From NCBI GenBank assembly GCA_965198115.1, contig OZ240241.1:160001-224000 (forward strand): a DNA stretch of 64,000 nucleotides. The letters run 5' to 3'. Within the stretch, counting starts at the first letter, position 1, and each line of letters starts with the position of its first letter. Below, piece by piece: positions 1 through 10,414 of the stretch. The notes beneath the pieces were generated by a model. The model was not told the origin of the DNA and did no database searches. It saw only the letters and a program-made list of their open reading frames with translations. A program made the translations under genes and the position numbers. This stretch comes from Candidatus Latescibacterota bacterium (GTDB lineage Bacteria; Latescibacterota; UBA2968).

Positions 1-1167
1 CTTGACGATTTGGACGATTCGGTTGAGGCCTTCGGCGATGGCGTTGGTAAGACGCGTGTTCACGAATGCGAGGACGCCGAAGAAGTGCTGTCGCAGGGTC
101 CTGACGAACTTTCGCAGGGGTTCAAGTCGACTTCTGAGTGCGGACGTCGTCCAGCATTTCAGGAAGCGTTCGGCAGCCCAGGGCGCTTTGTATTCCCAGA
201 ACTGCTCGAACTCGTCCTTGAGTCTCCAGGCTCTATAGATTCGGTAGTTCGCCTTCTCCAGTGCTTTGAGTGTCCGAGTATCCCCTCTGGAGCGTGTCGC
301 TGAGTGCCGGTAGAGGAGCCATCGGAGGCCCTTCATGGCTTTGCGCTCATCCGGGGCAGCTTTACGCCACTGGTCCTTACGGACCTCGTCAACGGCGGCA
401 TTGAGAGCCTTGACGATGTGAAAGCGATCGAGGACCAGCTTGGCATTCGGACAGTGTTCCTGGATGGCTCCGATGTAAGCTTCGCTCATGTCGCAGCAGG
501 CCCACTCGATCTTGGATCTCCGGTAGGGACTGAGAGCCTCTGTGAAGAACCGATCGATCGTTTTACGCGCCCTGCCGCGGCCAACCCACACCACGCAGGA
601 GCGGTCCAGATCGTAAACGAGCGTGGCGTACCTGTGACGCTTGGCGTAGGAGATCTCGTCGATCCCGATGGTTTTGAGCCCTCGGATACGATGACCTTCA
701 CGAAGCCGCGTGATGGATCGGTGAAGGAGATCCGACAGCGTCGAGGCAGAGATGCGCAGTAACTCGGACGCCGCCTTCTGCGTCATGGTCTGGCAGTAGC
801 GCAGCATGGCATACTCGAAGCGATACGTCACCCGAGAGAACCGCTCCGCCCACGGAATCTCCTCGACCACACGACCGTGGGTAGGACACCGAATCTCCCG
901 AGGATGGTAGAGAAGCCAGACCCTCCACCCGCACACCGGAATGTCACGCCACCGACGCGGATGGGGCATTGTGCGGACGATTTTACCTCGACGGCCGCAC
1001 TCCGGACAACAACAACCATTCTTATGTGGCTTTACGGCGATGACGAAGCAGCTTCTCCCCTCAAACCACCAGCTGACAACACGGAACCCCTTGAATCTCA
1101 GCAGTTTCGATAGTAATCTGCTCCCGGTCATAGGTCGCACCCCCTTCGCTTTGATTGTCCTACACAC
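1..1167 (-). CDS. ISL3 transposase, 3'-partial
   Basis: Same sequence as 14310..15476; CPECG zinc finger and IGIDEISY motif. Confidence 0.9.
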   Translation of the reverse strand, partial: MCRTIKAKGVRPMTGSRLLSKLLRFKGFRVVSWWFEGRSCFVIAVKPHKNGCCCPECGRRGKIVRTMPHPRRWRDIPVCGWRVWLLYHPREIRCPTHGRVVEEIPWAERFSRVTYRFEYAMLRYCQTMTQKAASELLRISASTLSDLLHRSITRLREGHRIRGLKTIGIDEISYAKRHRYATLVYDLDRSCVVWVGRGRARKTIDRFFTEALSPYRRSKIEWACCDMSEAYIGAIQEHCPNAKLVLDRFHIVKALNAAVDEVRKDQWRKAAPDERKAMKGLRWLLYRHSATRSRGDTRTLKALEKANYRIYRAWRLKDEFEQFWEYKAPWAAERFLKCWTTSALRSRLEPLRKFVRTLRQHFFGVLAFVNTRLTNAIAEGLNRIVQIVK

Positions 1168-1240
1168 ACAACCAAGCGTAGGGAACGATCTATGACCTTG
1201 TCATTCTATAGTTTCACCGTTGAGAAACCCGGATAGAGCC
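1..1240 (-). mobile_element. ISL3-family insertion sequence, copy 1 (cut by window edge)
   Basis: Near-identical to copies at 14130, 15559, 19868 and 44503; ends in the terminal IR ...GTTGAGAAACCCGGATAGAGCC at 1240. Confidence 0.95.
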
Positions 1241-1257
1241 TTATTTATTCCGAACCC

Positions 1258-1902
1258 TTAGAGCTCGTCGACCGGCTTTGCGTGGGACTTCTCATCTGCC
1301 CGTTCGATTTCGTGGAAGTGGTAAACCATCAAACCGGATTCAGACACCCGCACCTCGGCATACCCCTGGACGGCGAGGTCTCGGAGCATCGCCTCGGTCT
1401 TGTCTACGGTCAGACGTAGGTCGGTGGCGGCTTCGATGACCGACAGGCTCCCACCCCGTTCGCGTGCAAGTCTCAGGAGACGGTTTTGATCCTTTTCGGC
1501 CCCCCTGCGGTCGGCCGATTTCTGGATCCTTTGGCCGGTCCAGTAGATACATTGCGCGAACACCAGAAGACAGAGACCCACCGTGATCGCATCGTTTTTG
1601 CCCTTGCTGACGCCAGCGATGGCCGCGATCAGTCCACTCAACGCCATCAGAGCCGCGAAACCCTTGGCTGAGTAGGCGAACATGTAGCGCATAAGGCAGC
1701 TCCCGTCCGTCGCGAAATCGGACACACGATTGGGCACGTCTTTGAGCTTGATGCTCGCGGAACGGATGTCGTGCGACGTCTTGGATTCGTTCCACTCCCC
1801 CTTCGCCCAGTGCCACTCACGCCGGATGTTCGTTTCCGCATCCTTCACGGCGTCGGTGACTTCCGAGATGATCTCTTCGACGAAGTTCGCGTGCTTAGGC
1901 AT
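1258..1902 (-). CDS. Two-TM membrane protein with C-terminal winged-helix-like domain, co-transcribed with pspA
   Basis: 214 aa; two hydrophobic segments; C-terminal LARERGGSLSVIEAA...LRDLAVQGYAEVRVSESGLMVYHF; overlaps pspA stop. Confidence 0.75.
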   Translation of the reverse strand: MPKHANFVEEIISEVTDAVKDAETNIRREWHWAKGEWNESKTSHDIRSASIKLKDVPNRVSDFATDGSCLMRYMFAYSAKGFAALMALSGLIAAIAGVSKGKNDAITVGLCLLVFAQCIYWTGQRIQKSADRRGAEKDQNRLLRLARERGGSLSVIEAATDLRLTVDKTEAMLRDLAVQGYAEVRVSESGLMVYHFHEIERADEKSHAKPVDEL

Positions 1903-2572
1903 CGTCCTTCCCCATCCTCTTCTTCAGGGCTTCGAGCTCATCCTCGACGGACTGACGACGCTCGAGTTTTCCGAACTGATCGTCTAGCGATGCGTCAGGG
2001 CCTGCCAGGTCTTGGTGGGCGTCGGCTTCGGCCTCTTCGGTTTCGACGCTGTTGCGGAAACGTTCGAAACTCGAGAAGGCATCGTCGCCTACGCCGGCCA
2101 GTCCCTTCGCGATTTGTTTGCGCGCCTGGGCGGCACGACGACGGGCAATCAGGGCGCCCTGTCGTGTTCTGGCTTCGTCCAGTTTCGCCTTCAATTGCTG
2201 CATCTGGTGTTTAAGCTGTGCCGACGTCTTCTGGCTTTCTTGTAGGGCGGCCTGGAGGTCTTCGAGCGCTTCTTGCAATGCGGCCTTTCGCTCGAGGGCG
2301 CGACGCGCCAGCTCGTCCTCTCCGGATTCGACGGCGAGTTCGGCCTTATTCTGCCAGGCTTCGATCTGATCTTCCTGCGCCAAGTACTGGCGCTCGAGGC
2401 GCTTCTCGTTGGCGACGGCCGTGCCGACGGAAGCGGTAGCCTTGTTGACTGCCTCTTCCATTTCCAGGATCATCTGGCGAATCATTTTCTCCGGATCTTC
2501 GGCCTTCGTCAGAAGATCGTTGATGTTGGCCTTGACGATGTCGGCCATTCGTGAAAAGATGCCCTTTGCCAT
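1895..2572 (-). CDS. pspA: PspA/IM30 family protein
   Basis: GIFSRMADIVKANINDLLTKAEDPEKM N-terminus, GEDELARRAL, coiled coil, VEDELEALK tail. Confidence 0.95.
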   Translation of the reverse strand: MAKGIFSRMADIVKANINDLLTKAEDPEKMIRQMILEMEEAVNKATASVGTAVANEKRLERQYLAQEDQIEAWQNKAELAVESGEDELARRALERKAALQEALEDLQAALQESQKTSAQLKHQMQQLKAKLDEARTRQGALIARRRAAQARKQIAKGLAGVGDDAFSSFERFRNSVETEEAEADAHQDLAGPDASLDDQFGKLERRQSVEDELEALKKRMGKDDA

Positions 2573-2888
2573 ACCGTTCTCCTTTCAACTCCTGCGTATT
2601 GCCAGCGTGGGGTGCCTTGATTCGCACCGCTTACGATGGCAAGGGGCGTGCCGGTATCGGGCTGATGCCTGAATGCGAACCCATATGGTTGTTTTTAATG
2701 GCATTATACGTTCCAGGCTCTCCAGATCAATCTGTCCGAATCTGGTGTATTCCACCAGACTCCAGGTGCTCTCGACCAACTCTCTCGTAAGATACGCTGA
2801 CCGACGCGGGAATAGAAGCCGGTTGTCCGCGCTTCGCAAAGTTGATAAAATCAGACGATCCCCTCTTTAGTCCCCGCTCGCCCAACGA

Positions 2889-3992
2889 ATGTTACTCTAC
2901 CGCACTGCCCTTATCGCGTTGTGCACGTTGCTCCTGGGTGCACCCGCCACCGGTCTTTCTCCGACCTACGAGGTCCGGAGGGGCGACTCGCTGTGGGAAA
3001 TCGCCAGGCGCTTTCGCACCTCGGTGGACCGGATCCGGAGAATCAACGGCCTGAACTCCTCCCGTATCTACCCTGGGCAGCGGCTCCGGATCGGAACGAG
3101 AATCCGCGAATTCCTGCTGCCCAACGGACCCTACTATTACATCCGCCCAAGTCGTGACGTTCAGGATACCAGAGCGTATGCCGAGGGATCCAGCGGTACC
3201 CCAAGGAAGGATTACGCGCGTGCACGCAGCCTGTTGGAGGCCCACTACACGGAATTAGAGGTTCGCTTTCAAAATTTGAAGGGTCGGACACAGCCCCTGC
3301 GTGGGTGGCGGATCGTCCTGGACCCAGGCCACGGTGGGCGGGACCCCGGGGCGATCGTCTCCAATCGTGACGGACGGAATCAGGACGTTCACGTCGTGGA
3401 AGACGAGTATGTCTACGACATTGCCGTTCGCATCCTCGAGAGATTGACGCTCTACGGGGCGGCGGTCGAATTGACGGTCATCAGCCCGAACCATCTGAGG
3501 AGGGACAACACACCGGCTTCACATACTTTCGTGAACGAACAGAACGAGGTCTACAACGATGCGAGGACAAACCGATCGAATGATTCGTCGGTCCGGCCCG
3601 GATCGGACAACATCGAACGGCGTGTCCGCATCGCGAATGCCTTTTTTGGTGGGCGCTCCAAGACGCTGTTTCTTTCCCTCCACGCCGACAACAGTCCCGG
3701 ACGACCAAAAGGACCGCTCGTGATGTTTCTGCAGCGCGGCACGCACGTGGATCGACGGTCGAAGCGGCTTGCCGAGGTCATGCGTCGGACGCTCGATTCC
3801 CCGACCGTGCCCTCTCAGATCGGCGGTCGAAACCTGGCCGTCCTCCGTGACAATCGTGCTCGAGCCGAAGTTCTGGTGGAGATCCGGAACGTGTCGTTTG
3901 TGGGAGATGCCTGGGCTCTGCGTTTTCACGAGACGCGTGACGAAGACGCGGACCGCATCGTGCGGGGGGTGTTGGACTACGTGGAAGGGTGA
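2889..3992 (+). CDS. LysM-domain N-acetylmuramoyl-L-alanine amidase (Amidase_3)
   Basis: Signal peptide; LysM YEVRRGDSLWEIARRF; IVLDPGHGG, SLHAD and VLVE motifs. Confidence 0.9.
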   Translation: MLLYRTALIALCTLLLGAPATGLSPTYEVRRGDSLWEIARRFRTSVDRIRRINGLNSSRIYPGQRLRIGTRIREFLLPNGPYYYIRPSRDVQDTRAYAEGSSGTPRKDYARARSLLEAHYTELEVRFQNLKGRTQPLRGWRIVLDPGHGGRDPGAIVSNRDGRNQDVHVVEDEYVYDIAVRILERLTLYGAAVELTVISPNHLRRDNTPASHTFVNEQNEVYNDARTNRSNDSSVRPGSDNIERRVRIANAFFGGRSKTLFLSLHADNSPGRPKGPLVMFLQRGTHVDRRSKRLAEVMRRTLDSPTVPSQIGGRNLAVLRDNRARAEVLVEIRNVSFVGDAWALRFHETRDEDADRIVRGVLDYVEG

Positions 3993-3994
3993 GG

Positions 3995-6394
3995 TTACGA
4001 GGGTTGGTAGCGCCGCAAGCGGAGCGCGTTCGTGACGACCGAAATCGAACTGAAAGCCATCGCCAGAGCCGCCAGCATGGGCCCTCCCAGGGGGTTGAGC
4101 CAACCCAGGGCAGCAACCGGAATCAACACGACGTTGTAGCCGAACGCCCACGCCAGATTCTGCCTGATGACTCGCATGACGCGGCGAGAGAGCAGGACGG
4201 CATCGTGAACGCGTCGCAGGTCGTCCTGGATGAGCACCACGTCGGCACTTTCGACCGCAACGTCAGTGCCCGTGCCAATCGCGATGCCGATGTCGGCCTG
4301 CACGAGGGCTGGCGCGTCGTTGATCCCGTCGCCGACCATGATGACGCTGCCGCGATCGGCCTGAAGAGCCTGGATGCGGTGGGCTTTGTCCTCGGGGCGG
4401 ACCTCTGCAACGATCAAGTCCAGGTCGATTGTACGGGCGACTGCGGCTGCCGTTCGAGTGTTGTCACCGGTGAGCATGACGGCCTCGAATCCGGCGTCGT
4501 GCAGCTTGTCCACGGTCCCCGCCGCCTCAGGACGTACCCCGTCCGACAGGCCGATCAATCCCTCGATCTGTCCGGACCGCGCGACGTAGATCGTGGTCTT
4601 TCCTTCCTCCTCGAGGTTCGACGCCGGCGCTTGGCCACGCGCGGCGTCGATGCCTTCCGTCTTCAAGAGCCTCGCGCTTCCTAGCAAGATCACAGCACCG
4701 TCAACGGTCGCTCGTACACCTCCACCTGGAATGGCACCAAAGCCGGTAGCCGGTGCGATGTCGATGTGCCTTTTGTGGGCTTCTTCCAAGATCGCCCGTG
4801 CCAGAGGGTGTTCGGACGCCGCTTCTGCGGCCGCCGCCAAGCGGAGGAGGTCACGTTCGGAGGTGGGACCGAGGGTGACGAGATTGGTGACCTCGAGTCG
4901 TCCGGACGTGAGCGTTCCAGTCTTGTCGAACACGATTGTCCGACTCGCCTGGATTGTCTCGAGCGTTTCGCCTTGTTTGAAGAGCACGCCGAACTGTGCT
5001 GCCCGTCCGATTCCGACGAGGATGGCCGTGGGGGTCGCCAGGCCGAGCGCACAAGGGCAGGAAATGATGAGGACGGCGACGGCGTTTATGACGGCGCCCT
5101 CGACCGCGCCCGTGAAGACCCACCAGCCGATGAACGTGGCCGAAGCCAGGCAGAAGACGATGGGAACAAAGATGCCGGCGACGCGATCGGCGAGTCGCTG
5201 AATCGGGGCTTTCGATGCCTGCGCACGTTTGACGAGTTCGACGATTCGCCCGAGGGTAGTGTCGGCGCCGACCGTCTGTGCTTCGAACACGAACGTGCCT
5301 GTCGTGTTGACGCTGCCGGCCAGGACGTCGGCATCTGGCTGTTTTTCGACGGGCATGCTTTCCCCGGTTAGGAGAGATTCATCGACAGCCGAGTGACCTT
5401 CGAGGATCTGTCCGTCGACGGGGATTCGGTCACCCGGCTTTACTCGAATCCGATCGCCGGGAACGACCTGCGCCACGGGTGTTACGACCTCTCGACCTTC
5501 GCGAATGACGAAAGCTGTCTCGGGTCGCAGGTCCATCAAGGCACGAATGGCGTCGGAGGCACGGCGACGTGCCCGTCCCTCCAGGACGCGGCCGAGGAGA
5601 ATGAAGGTGATGATCATCGCCGCAGTGTCGAAGTAGACGTGATCGGCAACGGGTGCTGTCGACAGGATCGGAGCCAGGGTTATGGCAGCGCTGTAACCGT
5701 AGGCAGACAGCGTTCCGACGGCGATCAGGCTGTTCATGTTGGCGTGGCCGTGACGCAGGGCAGAGAAGAATCCCTTGAGGAAGGGCCATCCGCTGAAGAA
5801 CTGGACGGGTGTGGTCACGAGGAGTAAGAGCGAGTGGACGACGGCCATCGACAAGGACGTGTGGGACGCCGTGATGCCAAGGACGATCAGGACAGAAGAC
5901 AGAAGGGCCGCGACGAGCAACCGGGTTCGGAGATCGCGCTCGCCATCGACATCGGGACGGGTTGTTGCTGCGTCGTCTGCTACGACGGCCGCGTAGCCAG
6001 CTGCTTTGGCAGCCTTCGAGACCTGATTGCCGATCGCACCCAGATGCTCGACGGTGGCTTCGCCGGTGGTGAGGCTCACGACCACGCCGTGGACCGCCGG
6101 CAGGGCGGCGATGGCCCCTTCTATGCGACCGACGCACGCAGCGCAATGCATCCCCTCGACCTGAAAGCGGCTTTGCTCGAGAGGAACGTCATACCCGGAA
6201 GACCGAACGGCATCGATGACAGCTCCGACACCGGTCTGCGTCTCGTCGAGCACGAGGTGGACGGATTCCGTCGCCAGGTTGACATCCGCGTTGATGATGC
6301 CAGACGTCCCTGAAAGCGCCCGCTCCACGGTGTCCACGCACGCTGCGCACGTCATGCCGACGATAGGAATGTCGATCTGTCGGGTGTTTGGCAT
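3995..6394 (-). CDS. copA: Cu(I)-translocating P1B-type ATPase
   Basis: Two HMA motifs (GMTCAAC, GMHCAAC), TGES, CPC, DKTGTLT, GDGINDAPAL, YN; start set at ATG 6394 (MPNTRQ). Confidence 0.93.
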   Translation of the reverse strand: MPNTRQIDIPIVGMTCAACVDTVERALSGTSGIINADVNLATESVHLVLDETQTGVGAVIDAVRSSGYDVPLEQSRFQVEGMHCAACVGRIEGAIAALPAVHGVVVSLTTGEATVEHLGAIGNQVSKAAKAAGYAAVVADDAATTRPDVDGERDLRTRLLVAALLSSVLIVLGITASHTSLSMAVVHSLLLLVTTPVQFFSGWPFLKGFFSALRHGHANMNSLIAVGTLSAYGYSAAITLAPILSTAPVADHVYFDTAAMIITFILLGRVLEGRARRRASDAIRALMDLRPETAFVIREGREVVTPVAQVVPGDRIRVKPGDRIPVDGQILEGHSAVDESLLTGESMPVEKQPDADVLAGSVNTTGTFVFEAQTVGADTTLGRIVELVKRAQASKAPIQRLADRVAGIFVPIVFCLASATFIGWWVFTGAVEGAVINAVAVLIISCPCALGLATPTAILVGIGRAAQFGVLFKQGETLETIQASRTIVFDKTGTLTSGRLEVTNLVTLGPTSERDLLRLAAAAEAASEHPLARAILEEAHKRHIDIAPATGFGAIPGGGVRATVDGAVILLGSARLLKTEGIDAARGQAPASNLEEEGKTTIYVARSGQIEGLIGLSDGVRPEAAGTVDKLHDAGFEAVMLTGDNTRTAAAVARTIDLDLIVAEVRPEDKAHRIQALQADRGSVIMVGDGINDAPALVQADIGIAIGTGTDVAVESADVVLIQDDLRRVHDAVLLSRRVMRVIRQNLAWAFGYNVVLIPVAALGWLNPLGGPMLAALAMAFSSISVVTNALRLRRYQPS

Positions 6395-6479
6395 GATATC
6401 AGAATATATCCCAAAGACGCGGATACAAAAACGGCAGCCTCCATCGAGACTGCCGTTCGGACGCGTCGTGATGCGAACG

Positions 6480-7235
6480 TCAGACGCGGAGTCGGAGTAT
6501 CTCGTCACAGAGTGCGTCGTATTCCTGCGCACCTCGGGAACTCGACGCATAGGCGACGACGGGTTTGCCCAACAGGTTGGCCTGGTTGAGCGACTCGCTC
6601 TTGGAGATGACGGTTCGGAGCAATCGCCGCCTATGTTCTTCGAGGAGCTCCTCGAAGAGGGCGTTCGTGCGCGTCGTCCGGATTTCGAACATGGTCGTGA
6701 GAATCCGGTAGGGAAGGTCGTCGATCTCCTCGTCACGCAATTCGGCCGCCGACTCGAGGAGGGTGTCGAGTCCGGTAATCGCGCCTACACCAGGCTGAAC
6801 CGGAACGAGCAGCGTGTCAGCCGCGACGAGCGCATTGTAGGAGAGAATGCCCAACACCGGTGGGCAGTCGAGCAGGATGTAGTCGTATTCGCCGACGTGG
6901 TCGAGGGCCCGCGACAGGCGCTCTTCCCGGCGAATGCGGGTTTGCAGTAATTCGGCCGTTTCGGTCAGCCGATCGGTCGACCCGACGACATCCAGGTGTT
7001 CGTATTCCGAAGGCACGACCGCCCTGGCAGCTTGTGACGGTTTTTCCATGATCAGGTCGGTCACATCCTGGTCGAGGTCGGCCTGCAAGAAGCATCTTGT
7101 GGCGTGGCCCTGCGGGTCCAGGTCGATGACGAGCGTGCGCTTGTTCCGGGCCGCGAGTCCCGTCGCGAGGTTCACGGTCGTTGTCGTCTTGCCTACGCCG
7201 CCCTTCGTGTTCGTTATGGCGATGATCATCCCCAT
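6480..7235 (-). CDS. ParA/Soj family ATPase (no adjacent parB)
   Basis: KGGVGKTTT deviant Walker A, DLDPQG, LDCPP. Confidence 0.9.
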   Translation of the reverse strand: MGMIIAITNTKGGVGKTTTTVNLATGLAARNKRTLVIDLDPQGHATRCFLQADLDQDVTDLIMEKPSQAARAVVPSEYEHLDVVGSTDRLTETAELLQTRIRREERLSRALDHVGEYDYILLDCPPVLGILSYNALVAADTLLVPVQPGVGAITGLDTLLESAAELRDEEIDDLPYRILTTMFEIRTTRTNALFEELLEEHRRRLLRTVISKSESLNQANLLGKPVVAYASSSRGAQEYDALCDEILRLRV

Positions 7236-7254
7236 CTTCCCCTTTTGAGCTGGT

Positions 7255-8378
7255 TCACTTCAGGTTTTCGGGATTGAGGCCATTCAGGTCTTCGACGACG
7301 AATCGACCATCCCGACGCACGAGCTCGTCGTCGAACCAGATTTCTCCGCCGCCGAAATCGGGTGTCTGGATCGCGACCATGTCCCAGTGAACGGCGGAAC
7401 GATTGCCGTTGTCGGCCGACTTGTAGGCTTGACCGGGTGTAAAATGAAAAGACCCGGCGATTTTCTCGTCGAACAGAATGTCGAGCATCGGATTCGTGAC
7501 GTAAGGGTTGAACCCGATCGCGAACTCGCCGATGAAGCGCGCTCCGTCGTCCGAGTCGAGGATCGCGGACAACTCGGTTGGCCGGTCCGCCGTGGCTTCG
7601 ACGATCTTCCCTTTTTTGAAGGTCAGAACGATGTCGCTGAACCGCGTGCCACGGTAGATCGTTGGGGTGTTGAACGCGATCTGGCCCTCGACCGAGTCCA
7701 GGACGGGGGACGTATAGCACTCGCCATCGGGGATGTTGTGCTCGCCCGAGCAACCGACGGCGGGGATATCTTTGATGCTGAACGACAGATCTGTTCCGGG
7801 GCCTGCGATTCGGACACGATCCGTCCGGTTCATCCTGGCTGTGAGCGGCTGGAGCGCTTCTTTCATTCGACCGTAGTCGAGCGTACAGACATCGAAATAG
7901 AACGATTCGAAGGCCTCTGTGCTTTGGTTGGCCTGTTGTGAGCCATCGAGGCCGTTGGCCATCGCAAAACACACCACCTGGTTCGGGGCACCCGAATGTC
8001 GAAGTGGACGGGCCGGAGCCATCGTTTTTCGTAGTGCTCCATCTCCTCGGGTGTTACGTCGGAAAGCTCGGCGATGTTATGGCTGCCACGAAGGGCGATG
8101 TAGGCCTGCACGCGCTCCATGCGAAAGGCCTCGACTTCGCCGATCAGTCCGAGATTCGTGCCTTCATCGTCCGTGCCCCGTATCAGCTCGCGCTGGATCC
8201 GGTTGTGCTTCAGAGTCACGAGAGGGTGGCCACCCCGATTCCGAATGGCGCGTATCAGGGCGATGACCATCCCATCGGGGATGTCGGTCGCTTCGACGAG
8301 CACGTTCTCACCGGCTTCGATGCGGGTGGAATGGCCGGTCAGAAGCGCTGCGAGTTGGTCGTATCTCAAGTCTTGCAC
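7255..8378 (-). pseudogene. M29 (AmpS/PepS-type) aminopeptidase, frameshifted
   Basis: N-half (VQDLRYDQLA...RWPTASMA) and C-half ([10 protein letters not shown]...NIPDGE...[15 protein letters not shown]...HWDMV) are in different frames; 2 extra nt at 7939-7940. Confidence 0.85.
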
Positions 8379-8514
8379 GGTGGGATCGGCCCTCAGGACG
8401 GGCGCTAAGATAAGACACATTCGGACTGCACGCCAGACGATGGTGCGCTTCGCCATCGTTCAGGCTATATTGTCACAGAGATCGCAACTCGCTAATTAAA
8501 GGACACTTACACAC

Positions 8515-9288
8515 GTGAGATTCAGGCCCTGTATCGACTTGAAGGAGGGGCGTGTCGTCCAGATCGTCGGATCGACGATGGTCGAGGACGCGCGTCCGGT
8601 CATGAACTTCGAGTCGGGTGAGGATCCTTCAGCATTCGCGCACCGATATCGGTCGGACGGTCTGACCGGGGGCCACGTGATCATGCTGGGCCCGGGGAAT
8701 GAGGAAGCCGCCCGATCGACGATCGCGGCCTTCCCGGGGGGGTTTCACGTGGGTGGTGGGATCACATCACAGAACGCGGGGGCCTTCCTGCGGCACGGTG
8801 CGAGTCACGTGATCGTCACGTCCTACGTTTTCAGGAACGGTCTGATCGACTGGGGTCGATTGGATGAGATGGTGAGTGCTGTGGGGAAAGACCGACTCGT
8901 CCTGGATCTGAGTTGTCGCCTCCGCGACGAGATCTATTTCGTCGTGACGGATCGATGGCAGCGATTTACCGAAGTGCCGGTGAATGCCGAGACGCTCGAG
9001 TCGCTAGCGGCATATTGTGACGAGTTCCTAGTACACGGTGTCGATGTGGAAGGCAGACGCGTTGGAATCGACGATGACCTGGTGGCCCTGCTGGGTCGCT
9101 CGTGTCCGATCCCCGTCACCTACGCGGGTGGGGCGAGGACCCTCGAGGATCTGGATCGCGTGTGGGAGGTTGGTGGGGACCGGGTAGACCTAACGATCGG
9201 CAGCGCCCTCGATATTTTTGGAGGAGACTTGGCCTACGATGACGTCGTCGCCTGGCATCGAAACGCGAATGGAAAGGGCGCCGTGTGA
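8515..9288 (+). CDS. hisA: ProFAR isomerase, eukaryote-like (His6-type) HisA
   Basis: MRFRPCIDLKEGRVVQIVG, GGHVIMLGPGN, LVLDLSCR, HGVDVEG, DLTIGSALDIFGG. Confidence 0.9.
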   Translation: MRFRPCIDLKEGRVVQIVGSTMVEDARPVMNFESGEDPSAFAHRYRSDGLTGGHVIMLGPGNEEAARSTIAAFPGGFHVGGGITSQNAGAFLRHGASHVIVTSYVFRNGLIDWGRLDEMVSAVGKDRLVLDLSCRLRDEIYFVVTDRWQRFTEVPVNAETLESLAAYCDEFLVHGVDVEGRRVGIDDDLVALLGRSCPIPVTYAGGARTLEDLDRVWEVGGDRVDLTIGSALDIFGGDLAYDDVVAWHRNANGKGAV

Positions 9289-10289
9289 GCGAGCTCAGGG
9301 ACCTGGGCGAGTTTTCCCTGATCGACCGCGTCGCAGCGCACGGGCTGGCTCGCGCGGAGGGTGTGGTCAAGGGAATCGGCGACGACTGCGCTGTGCTCGA
9401 GTCTGGTGACGACACGGTTTTACTTGTCACGACCGACACTCTTGTCGAGGACACACACTTCCGGATCGCAGATACGCCGCCCGAGGGGCTGGGTTACAAG
9501 CTCCTTGCAGTCAGCCTTTCGGATGTGGCTGCCATGGGAGGCGTCCCACGTGATGCCGTACTGGCGGTGAGCGCCCCGGGGTCGTTCGATGCGGGCTATC
9601 TTGAACGGGTTTTCGATGGGATCTTCGCCTGCGGACGTCGGTTCGGCGTCAACATCGTGGGGGGCGATACGACGGAAATCGCCGGACCCCTTGTGTTCTC
9701 GCTCACGTTGTTGGGCAGCGCACCTGCCGATCAAGTGGTATACCGGTCTGGGGCGCGGCCGGGGCAGCTGATCTACGTGTCCGGCATCCTCGGTGATGCC
9801 GGCGCGGGGCTCAGAACCGCTCAAGGAGCCTTCGACATTCCGCCCGAAGACCGGCAGCATCTGCTGCGTCGTTTTCATCGCCCGAAACCGAGGGTGGACC
9901 TGGGGCGGCGACTGGCGAAAAGTCGATTGGTCGGGGCGATGATCGATCTGTCGGATGGGCTGGCATCGGACCTGGCCCACATTGCTCGAGCCAGTGCGGT
10001 AGACATCGTCATCGACCTGGAGGCGATTCCGATTTCGACCGCGACCAGGAGGTTCTGTGAAATCACGGGGGAATCCCCGATCGATCTGGCGCTGGGCGCG
10101 GGTGAGGATTACGAGCTGGCTCTTGCTGGAGATGCCGATATAAAGCATAATGGAGTGTTTAAGGACGATTTATACACGATCGGTGTCGTCGTCGAAGGCG
10201 ACGGGACCGTCCGGAAAAAGACCGTGGCAGGCTCCGAAACTCTGAATATCGGAGGGTTTTCTCACTTTGTAGGAGAAACACCGACGTGA
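9285..10289 (+). CDS. thiL: Thiamine-monophosphate kinase
   Basis: GEFSLI, GIGDDCA, SDVAAMGG, GGDT, IDLSDGL, GEDYEL. Confidence 0.95.
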   Translation: MSELRDLGEFSLIDRVAAHGLARAEGVVKGIGDDCAVLESGDDTVLLVTTDTLVEDTHFRIADTPPEGLGYKLLAVSLSDVAAMGGVPRDAVLAVSAPGSFDAGYLERVFDGIFACGRRFGVNIVGGDTTEIAGPLVFSLTLLGSAPADQVVYRSGARPGQLIYVSGILGDAGAGLRTAQGAFDIPPEDRQHLLRRFHRPKPRVDLGRRLAKSRLVGAMIDLSDGLASDLAHIARASAVDIVIDLEAIPISTATRRFCEITGESPIDLALGAGEDYELALAGDADIKHNGVFKDDLYTIGVVVEGDGTVRKKTVAGSETLNIGGFSHFVGETPT

Positions 10290-10414
10290 TCCCGATCACA
10301 TATCTTACCGCGCGGGTTCTTCAAATTACGATTGGAAGTCTGTTGTCTTATCGGAGCTATAGTTTGTGGTGCTAAGTTGATCTGATAGATTTGACGCCTT
10401 GGAAGGCTCGGGTT

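Noticed and set aside
6395-6736. N-terminal extension of CopA to 913 aa
   Set aside because: It overlaps parA in another frame; ATG 6394 directly precedes the first HMA domain
6480-7235. Plasmid or chromosome partition locus
   Set aside because: No parB, rep gene or parS palindrome was recognised nearby
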